Source: Nitrospirales bacterium
Lineage (GTDB): Bacteria; Nitrospirota; Nitrospiria; Nitrospirales; UBA8639
Assembly: GCA_965223295.1 (NCBI GenBank)
Contig: CBDCWC010000002.1
Location: 1,248,001-1,312,000 of the forward strand
Reading direction: 5' to 3'
DNA: 64,000 bases
The notes beneath the pieces are model-generated. The model was not told where the DNA came from and searched no databases. It saw nothing but the letters and a program-made list of their open reading frames with translations. Positions 57,367 through 64,000 of the stretch are shown piece by piece. How positions within the stretch are numbered: position 1 is the stretch's first letter; each line of letters begins with the position of its first letter. The position numbers and the translations under genes are program-made.

Positions 57367-58575
57367 ATGTCTAAACGTATACAAGGAGGAATTACAGCCC
57401 CTAAGGGATTCCTTGCGGCAGGAATTTGCTGCGGCATAAAACAGAAGGGGCAACGAGATCTTGCTCTTGTGACTTCTGAGAACCCTGGACCTATCGCTGG
57501 CGTATTTACAAGAAATACCATCCCTGCGGCCGCAGTTAAGCTTGATCGACGGCACCTCAAAAAGAAGCTTGGACAAGCCCTTATCATCAATAGCGGCAAC
57601 GCCAATGCCTTTACAGGGTCTGAAGGGACTCAAAATGCTGTTGAAACGGCCCGCCTCGTTGCAGCTCAGCTTGGCATTCCGCACCACTATGTTTTTGTGG
57701 GGTCCACAGGAGTCATTGGAGTTCCACTTCCGATGCCGGTGGTGCGGAAAGGTATTCCCATTCTTGTGTCCAAGCGTCGAAAAACCGGTCATCGAGATGC
57801 AGCTCAAGCTATTCTGACAACCGATACCAAACCAAAGACCATTGCCTTACAGCAACGCATTGGGGGAACCGTCGTCACGATGGGTGGCATGGCTAAGGGC
57901 TCTGGGATGATTCACCCCAACATGGCGACCATGTTGGCCTATCTCACTACTGATGCAGCCGTCGAGCCAACTATATTCCAAAAAATGCTGCGCCTTGCAG
58001 TGGATCAAACCTTTAATTGCATTTCAGTTGATGGAGATTCCAGCACGAATGACACAGTACTGGCTTTGGCTAATGGCAAGGCTGGCAATCAAATCATCAG
58101 AGCAAAAGGGTCAGCTCACAACCAGTTGCAAGAACTCCTGATTGAAGCCTGCCATTCCCTCGCTATGGATATTTGCCGGGACGGGGAAGGGGTCACGAAA
58201 GTTGTTACACTCCACATCAATGAAGCCCCGAGTCATCGAGCTGCTAAGACTATCGCCCAAACCCTAGCCACATCGCTACTTGTCAAAACCGCAATTTTCG
58301 GAGCTGACCCCAATTGGGGCCGCCTCATTGCCGCCCTCGGACGATCAGGCTATCCTCTTCGCCCCAACCGTATCGTCATCGCCTTCAATCACCTCACGAT
58401 CGTCAAAAATGGTAAAGGATTGGGAACTCGCATTGAAGAACAGATTAAAAAAATCATGCAACGTCCCACATTTACGATTACGGTTTCTTTAGGTATGGGG
58501 AAGGGAACAGCTACACAATGGACAACGGACTTGACTTATGACTACGTCAAAATTAACGCATCCTACCGGTCTTAA
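57367..58575 (+). CDS. argJ: Bifunctional ornithine acetyltransferase
   Basis: NSGNANA, KGSGMIHPNMATML, DGEG, DPNWGR. Start at ATG 57367. Confidence 0.95.
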   Translation: MSKRIQGGITAPKGFLAAGICCGIKQKGQRDLALVTSENPGPIAGVFTRNTIPAAAVKLDRRHLKKKLGQALIINSGNANAFTGSEGTQNAVETARLVAAQLGIPHHYVFVGSTGVIGVPLPMPVVRKGIPILVSKRRKTGHRDAAQAILTTDTKPKTIALQQRIGGTVVTMGGMAKGSGMIHPNMATMLAYLTTDAAVEPTIFQKMLRLAVDQTFNCISVDGDSSTNDTVLALANGKAGNQIIRAKGSAHNQLQELLIEACHSLAMDICRDGEGVTKVVTLHINEAPSHRAAKTIAQTLATSLLVKTAIFGADPNWGRLIAALGRSGYPLRPNRIVIAFNHLTIVKNGKGLGTRIEEQIKKIMQRPTFTITVSLGMGKGTATQWTTDLTYDYVKINASYRS

Positions 58576-58617
58576 CAGTCTGGCTGTTTTTGACCAACCC
58601 CTTAGTAGCCGATCGAC

Positions 58618-60000
58618 CTATTTTTTTATATTATGGCGGGAGATGAGATCATGAAGGGTGGGACGGCTCACCCCAAGAAGGGTGGCGGCTTTTGTAATAT
58701 TTCCTCCAGTTTTCCCAAGCGTTTGTTCAATAACCTGCTTTTCAACCCTATCTCTGGCCTCCTTCAACGTTGGTCCAGCCTGCACGTCTTTCGGCTCTTC
58801 TAAATCTAAATCCGCAGGGGCGATTCTCGGGTTGTCCGACAGCGTCACTGCCCGGCGAACCCGGTTTTCTAATTCCCGAACATTACCTGGCCAATGATAC
58901 TGTTCCAGAGATAAGAGAGCCTCTCGTGAAAATCCCGCAATTTTCTTTTTCGCCTCATCTCCAAAACGCTGAAGCAGCACTTTAGCCAACATGGCGATAT
59001 CGGCTCCACGATCCCGCAATGGGGGGACAGGAATGGTCACGGTATTCAATCGATAATAGAGATCTTCACGAAAACGTCCCTCTTTCATCGCGAGCTGTAA
59101 ATTACTGTTGGTAGCGGCTAACACTCTAGTATCTACAGGGATTTCGACTCGTCCACCAACACGTTCAATGCTTCGCTCTTGTAAAACACGAAGAAGTTTA
59201 ACCTGCAACGCAGGAGAAATTTCCCCGATTTCATCCAGAAAAAGGGTCCCTCCCTCAGCAGATTCAATTCGCCCGGCGCGCTGCATATGAGCACCGGTAA
59301 ATGCTCCCTTCTCATGGCCAAACAACTCACTTTCTAGGAGTGTCTCCGGAATCGCTCCGCAATTGATGGCGACAAACGGTCCCTCTTTTCGATGACTTTG
59401 CTGATGAATGGCCCGAGCCACCAGCTCTTTTCCCGTTCCACTCTCTCCAACAATTAATATAGAAATGTCCGATCCAGCGACCCGGCGAATGGTATCAAAA
59501 ACTTTCGCCATCACGGGACTTGCACCAATAATGTCCGAAACTCCCCGTTTTTCCTGACGCTCTACTAACTTTTTATTTTCCTTTTCGATCCCTGAGAGAT
59601 ACCCTGCACGTTGAAGGACAGTTTTTAGTACTTCTATATCGACAGGTTTATCTAAGAAGTCGTAGGCACCTAGCTCTACAGCTTTTAAAGCATTGGCTCG
59701 GTCTTGGTTTCCAGTTATGACGACTACCTTGAGAAAAGGATCCCTTTCAACGAATTGCTCTAAGGCATGCAACCCTTCCGTCGCGCCATCGGCATCAGGA
59801 GGGAGACCTAGATCTAGGGTGACCAATCCTATGGTCTCACGTTGCAGGCTTTCCATAGCCTCTTCACGATTTTCAGCCTCAAAAACCCTATAGTTTCCCT
59901 TTAAGCCCCACTTCATTTGTTCCCGGATTTCCTGACTATCATCAACCAATAACAGGGAAGGGAGTGAATCAACATCTTGTCCGTTGTCTATAGTTGACAT
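58618..60000 (-). CDS. prsR: PEP-CTERM system sigma54 response regulator
   Basis: Receiver TLDLGLPP, GESGTGKE, GAFTGA, Fis-type HTH; adjacent to prsK and exosortase. Confidence 0.88.
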   Translation of the reverse strand: MSTIDNGQDVDSLPSLLLVDDSQEIREQMKWGLKGNYRVFEAENREEAMESLQRETIGLVTLDLGLPPDADGATEGLHALEQFVERDPFLKVVVITGNQDRANALKAVELGAYDFLDKPVDIEVLKTVLQRAGYLSGIEKENKKLVERQEKRGVSDIIGASPVMAKVFDTIRRVAGSDISILIVGESGTGKELVARAIHQQSHRKEGPFVAINCGAIPETLLESELFGHEKGAFTGAHMQRAGRIESAEGGTLFLDEIGEISPALQVKLLRVLQERSIERVGGRVEIPVDTRVLAATNSNLQLAMKEGRFREDLYYRLNTVTIPVPPLRDRGADIAMLAKVLLQRFGDEAKKKIAGFSREALLSLEQYHWPGNVRELENRVRRAVTLSDNPRIAPADLDLEEPKDVQAGPTLKEARDRVEKQVIEQTLGKTGGNITKAATLLGVSRPTLHDLISRHNIKK

Positions 60001-60059
60001 ATCTCGTACCTTGAACGCGTAAAATCCCAACCAGGAAAAACTTGACTGACCGGATTCTC

Positions 60060-62150
60060 CTATATATCGGCTGTTTCCACCGGAAATGTGAGGATTACTT
60101 TGGTCCCTATCCTTTCTTGGCTCTCAATGCGAATTTGCCCCCTATTATCCTCCACCATTTGCTTGCATTGAAATAGACCAACCCCCAGTCCAGTTTTCTT
60201 TGAACTTCTAAAGGGTTGGAACAAGTGCTCTAAGCGCTCCAGTGGAATTCCAGGACCTGAATCCACAATTTCTACCTTCAGATCCTTACCTTCGGAGTAC
60301 GTGGCAATATGAATAGAACCTTTTTCATTCACAGCCTGACGTGCATTTAAGATCAGATTCAGTAAGACTTGCTTGACTGGTTCCACTTGCAATTGACGTT
60401 TGGGAATTTCCGTCCCTGGCGTAAAGGTTGGTGAACATCCTGAGCCATTTAAGGATTCAAGGGTTTCTTGAATCAACTCGTTCATATCAACGGCTTCCTG
60501 ACTATTTTTGGCCTCAGACTCAAAACCTTTCGATTGTTTGGCCAACTTGGCCATCAGATCCATCATACGTTGAGAAGTCTTTCGAACCGTCCTCATAGCT
60601 GAGGCCTGAAAGTCAGGATCCTGACCATATTGTTCGGCATTCTGGACCACCATTGATAAACTCGAGGCCAAATTTTTTAGATCATGGAGATAAAACCCTG
60701 AAAATCTATGGACCGCCTCCCACTTAGACATCGCATTCTGCTCTTCAACTAGTTGAAATTGATGTAGCAACATGGTGACATGATAGGCAATAGCACGGAG
60801 AAGGTCACAATCATCCTGATCGTAGCTTCGATCATGCAGTTCTTTGCTTAACGTACAAAACCCCAGAAGGTCTCTCTCAGACATAGAAAGTGGCACACAA
60901 ATATGTGCCTTAGTACTCTGAAGAAATTCTATCAAGCCCTTGTCGTCCTCCTCGTCCTCATCAATTAAATATGGTTCCCTCGTTAGTAGCATTTTTTGAA
61001 CGATGAAATGATTCCCATCAATCGGCGGAGGCGGGTCTTCTGAGTTCACAGTTCGAATTTGATGAAACCGGCCATCAACCTCAAATTTCTTCCAAATCGT
61101 CACTCGTGGAGCACCAAAGGTTTGGCTTAGCCATTCAAGATATCGATCCCAAATTTGGTGGCTGTCCTGACAAGCCGAAAACGCTTCAGTAATTTCTAGC
61201 CAGATTTTTCGATAATCATATTTTGTTCGAAAAAAATGTCTTCCGACAAACTGCTGGAGCTCCAGTCGCGCCTGGCGGGACGCCAGGACCACAACGAGAC
61301 CCATGCCAGACACAAACATCACCAGGACACCAAGTGCTTCTCCCAACTCCCAACCAGTATTTTGAATCACCTGCGCGACGATTCCTACAAGAACCAAATA
61401 ACCTCCCACCAGTAAAAAGGTTAAAGAGGTATACAGCGCCTGATGACTGACCTGAAAATTTTGGCCAAAATCGTGAATACGCCATCTGGCCAATCCAAAT
61501 ACAATCACAAGCAAGGAAAGACACGTGGCAATACTCCCGACCCAGACATATGTTTGTGTCCAGAGGGGCAATAAGAGTAGTTGACTGGCTTGGGCGATTG
61601 AAATCCCAGCCAGCCCTCCCAACCCAATTAACACAAACTTCATTTGAAAGCGAAGTGGATCACGTGTGCTGCGAAGAATCTGTTCCAATTCAGAGAGTCC
61701 AATGACGACAACAATAAGAATAAAGCCCCAAATGGTCCACCCGACAACTTGAGGAAAAACAATTCCCCCACTCGCCGCAAGTTGCATCACTGAGTCAGGC
61801 CAAGCAAACAGCCATACACATAAGAGCACGGCGACTCCTGCCATCACAAAGAATTTTGTGCGGTTTTGTTGAATGGAAGCAGGAGAGAGATGGAAAAGAA
61901 ACGTTGACGTGACATAACCAAGGGCAACTGGAAAAGCCAGTTCACCGAAGAGAATAAGTTGCTTTCCGAGAAGGAGATGTTGAGGAAATACGAGACTCAG
62001 TCCATTGAGCCCCTGTACCCAGGCCACGACAACCATGAGCAAGGTTAAGGGGAAAAATACTGGGCTATCGGCTTTTTTCCAAAAAAGGGTTCCTCCGAGA
62101 ATCAGAGCCCCCCCCGCACTTAAAAAACAGGGAATCGCCCACATGCTCAT
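60060..62150 (-). CDS. prsK: PEP-CTERM system histidine kinase
   Basis: Multi-TM N-terminus, KYDYRKIW, GAF domain, HDLKN H-box, DSGPG, GLGVGL. Confidence 0.88.
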   Translation of the reverse strand: MSMWAIPCFLSAGGALILGGTLFWKKADSPVFFPLTLLMVVVAWVQGLNGLSLVFPQHLLLGKQLILFGELAFPVALGYVTSTFLFHLSPASIQQNRTKFFVMAGVAVLLCVWLFAWPDSVMQLAASGGIVFPQVVGWTIWGFILIVVVIGLSELEQILRSTRDPLRFQMKFVLIGLGGLAGISIAQASQLLLLPLWTQTYVWVGSIATCLSLLVIVFGLARWRIHDFGQNFQVSHQALYTSLTFLLVGGYLVLVGIVAQVIQNTGWELGEALGVLVMFVSGMGLVVVLASRQARLELQQFVGRHFFRTKYDYRKIWLEITEAFSACQDSHQIWDRYLEWLSQTFGAPRVTIWKKFEVDGRFHQIRTVNSEDPPPPIDGNHFIVQKMLLTREPYLIDEDEEDDKGLIEFLQSTKAHICVPLSMSERDLLGFCTLSKELHDRSYDQDDCDLLRAIAYHVTMLLHQFQLVEEQNAMSKWEAVHRFSGFYLHDLKNLASSLSMVVQNAEQYGQDPDFQASAMRTVRKTSQRMMDLMAKLAKQSKGFESEAKNSQEAVDMNELIQETLESLNGSGCSPTFTPGTEIPKRQLQVEPVKQVLLNLILNARQAVNEKGSIHIATYSEGKDLKVEIVDSGPGIPLERLEHLFQPFRSSKKTGLGVGLFQCKQMVEDNRGQIRIESQERIGTKVILTFPVETADI

Positions 62151-62185
62151 ATCAACCTTTGGAAATGACTCGCGAGGTCGGAAAT

Positions 62186-62917
62186 TTAAATCACGGAATG
62201 ATCAGGCATATGATCAAGAAGAGTCGGCCAAAGATCGTGTAAAAAATCCACCGCATGATCATAGGCCTCCTGAACGGTTCCATCTTTCACAGGCACCGAA
62301 ATACGGACTAGCGAGCCATCCGACCGATTCTTGGTCATCGCATCCCAAATAAGGTAACCTTTTGCCCAATATTCGCTAGCTATCACTCGACCCCGATCAT
62401 GATACCAATACAAGATGACTTGTTTCTCCAGACCCTTTTGAATCAGCACGTTATTCACGGTAATTGTTGCTTGACCTGGCATTGTCAACGTCACAAAATC
62501 TGATGCCATAAATTGCCAGCCTGCGCCAGGTAGACAATTTTTAGGTGAGTGATACGTGGCCCCAGTCCGTTGGCTCTGATAAAAACCAACATACAACCAC
62601 ACCGGGAGGTTTGCCTTCACACGGCTCATATGGGTGTGCTGAGCATTTTGATCATCAATCACAACCACTTCAGATTCCGTTCCCCCTTGCCCAACAACTG
62701 GCACATACACTCGCATCATATAATCACTCAGTTTAAGAACATTAAGAACTTTCTCATCCAAGCCTAATTCTTTCCCCTTCCATTCTTCTGCTAAATTTAA
62801 TGGAAACTCTTCAAAGGCTTTATTACTCATGAGCTCTTCCGTTTTGGAGACCGATTGCATGAGACCAAACGTCCCAATCAATAGGAGAATAGCAATGAGA
62901 AAAGGCCATTTTTTCAT
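62186..62917 (-). CDS. epsI: EpsI family exosortase-associated protein
   Basis: HSPKNCLPGAGW, LYWY...GR, DGSLVRIS. Start at ATG 62917. Confidence 0.85.
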   Translation of the reverse strand: MKKWPFLIAILLLIGTFGLMQSVSKTEELMSNKAFEEFPLNLAEEWKGKELGLDEKVLNVLKLSDYMMRVYVPVVGQGGTESEVVVIDDQNAQHTHMSRVKANLPVWLYVGFYQSQRTGATYHSPKNCLPGAGWQFMASDFVTLTMPGQATITVNNVLIQKGLEKQVILYWYHDRGRVIASEYWAKGYLIWDAMTKNRSDGSLVRISVPVKDGTVQEAYDHAVDFLHDLWPTLLDHMPDHSVI

Positions 62918-62943
62918 GATACAAATATCAAATACACGTTCAA

Positions 62944-63828
62944 TTAAGAAGTACTGGCCTGAGATTGAGGAACGTCCGTTCCAATTTTCCCTAATACCAG
63001 CCCACAAATAAAGAGCAACACAAAAGCCACAACAAAGACCAGCCATCCCTCAAACGTATGATAGAACCCCTCAGCCGCTTCTTCGCCAAAATAATGTGCC
63101 AGAATCCCTGTCCCGCTCACCCGAGCGGCATTCGCAATAATGGCAATAGGCACAGACAGAAATACCAGCATCCACCGTTTCCACATGACATTTTGAGAAA
63201 AGTAACCATAGACAGTTCCCAATGCCAGTAATGACAGTAATGAACGCAAGCCGCTACAGGCCTCAGCCACTTCTAATGTTGTGGAGGCTAGCATGATCAG
63301 ATTGCCTTCTCGAAGAACTGGGATCCCTAACGAGAACAAACAAAACGAAGCCGTTTGGGCCGCGAAGAGCTGGAGGGGAAACGCAATGGTGTTCACCACA
63401 ATAGCCGGCAGGGGTATCATGAACACCAAAAATCCAATCGGAAGACTCAACAGCCATAAGTACTTCCATCCTAATATTAATAGGACGAGTCCAGATAACA
63501 CCACAATCAACGATGCGCGCTGTACGTATAGCTCAGCTCCGACAAGCCCAATCACCAGAGAAAGCAAGCCCAATGCAAGAAGTCCAACTCCCCAGATACT
63601 AGGAGAAGGCGTTTCATGAGTCAAAGCCGTCCAGCGTTCCCAAATAAAAAAAGCGGAAAGAAACGGGACGAGAAACCCATGAGAATAATCCGGATTGTTA
63701 TTCCAGTCACTCCCCAATCCCCACAACACATCTTGGTACAGAAAGATGACTAAGCCAACAATAACAAGACTGGCACCGACCAGCCACGTTTCATTGAATA
63801 AGCTTTTATCAAAACTATGGCTTTTCAT
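62944..63828 (-). CDS. Exosortase (EpsH/XrtA family)
   Basis: YSHG, catalytic VAEACSGLR, ANAARV, FYH. Confidence 0.92.
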   Translation of the reverse strand: MKSHSFDKSLFNETWLVGASLVIVGLVIFLYQDVLWGLGSDWNNNPDYSHGFLVPFLSAFFIWERWTALTHETPSPSIWGVGLLALGLLSLVIGLVGAELYVQRASLIVVLSGLVLLILGWKYLWLLSLPIGFLVFMIPLPAIVVNTIAFPLQLFAAQTASFCLFSLGIPVLREGNLIMLASTTLEVAEACSGLRSLLSLLALGTVYGYFSQNVMWKRWMLVFLSVPIAIIANAARVSGTGILAHYFGEEAAEGFYHTFEGWLVFVVAFVLLFICGLVLGKIGTDVPQSQASTS

Positions 63829-64000
63829 AGTCAAAAAATACCCGAAATCATCAAAAATAAGAAGGGCCCTGCATGTTTACCCCTTCCAAAATATAATTAT
63901 ACTAACCTCTGTATATTTCGGAAAATCCTGAGAAAACTAAAGGAAAACGAGATTTTACCAATCTTGAGCAAGCGCGCATATAAAGGGGGGAATTACTCTA

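Noticed and set aside
58030-58055. ArgJ DSSTND instead of DTSTND as loss of catalysis
   Set aside because: The autoprocessing nucleophile is the Thr of ATML, which is intact.

Overview
A 64-kb chromosomal window, inferred from gene content and repeat style to come from a Nitrospirota/Nitrospirales bacterium. It is mostly core genome. In order: a cobalamin uptake and salvage region (5' part of cobO, btuB, btuDCF, cobQ, a B12-binding radical SAM) with two cobalamin riboswitches; a DUF5069-like pseudogene missed by the ORF track; BON-LysM/DUF937/M48 genes; glyQS-ppdK-ribD; a FolB-methyltransferase fusion with a PHP phosphoesterase; yjbQ; hpnD plus a divergent hpnE; a family-4 UDG; ydbH-ynbE-ydbL; a ManC-like nucleotidyltransferase; plsC; tldD-pmbA; uppS-cdsA-dxr-rseP-proS; two DUF151 nucleases; rplM-rpsI; argC-argJ; and a PEP-CTERM sorting locus (exosortase, EpsI, PrsK, PrsR). 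I saw no rRNA, tRNA, CRISPR array or transposase. The most unusual signals are: (1) a ~190-bp tripartite element whose terminal module is exactly 70 bp in all five copies but hypervariable in sequence; (2) two near-identical 80-bp palindromic elements in inverted orientation bracketing one sugar-nucleotidyltransferase gene; (3) repeats nested inside a riboswitch, a coding region and another repeat; (4) a PPDK with a CxxC/CxxC insertion and a histone-like tail; (5) an apparently leaderless UDG ending in a beta-clamp motif. All family assignments rest on motif recognition by eye; no database search was run.
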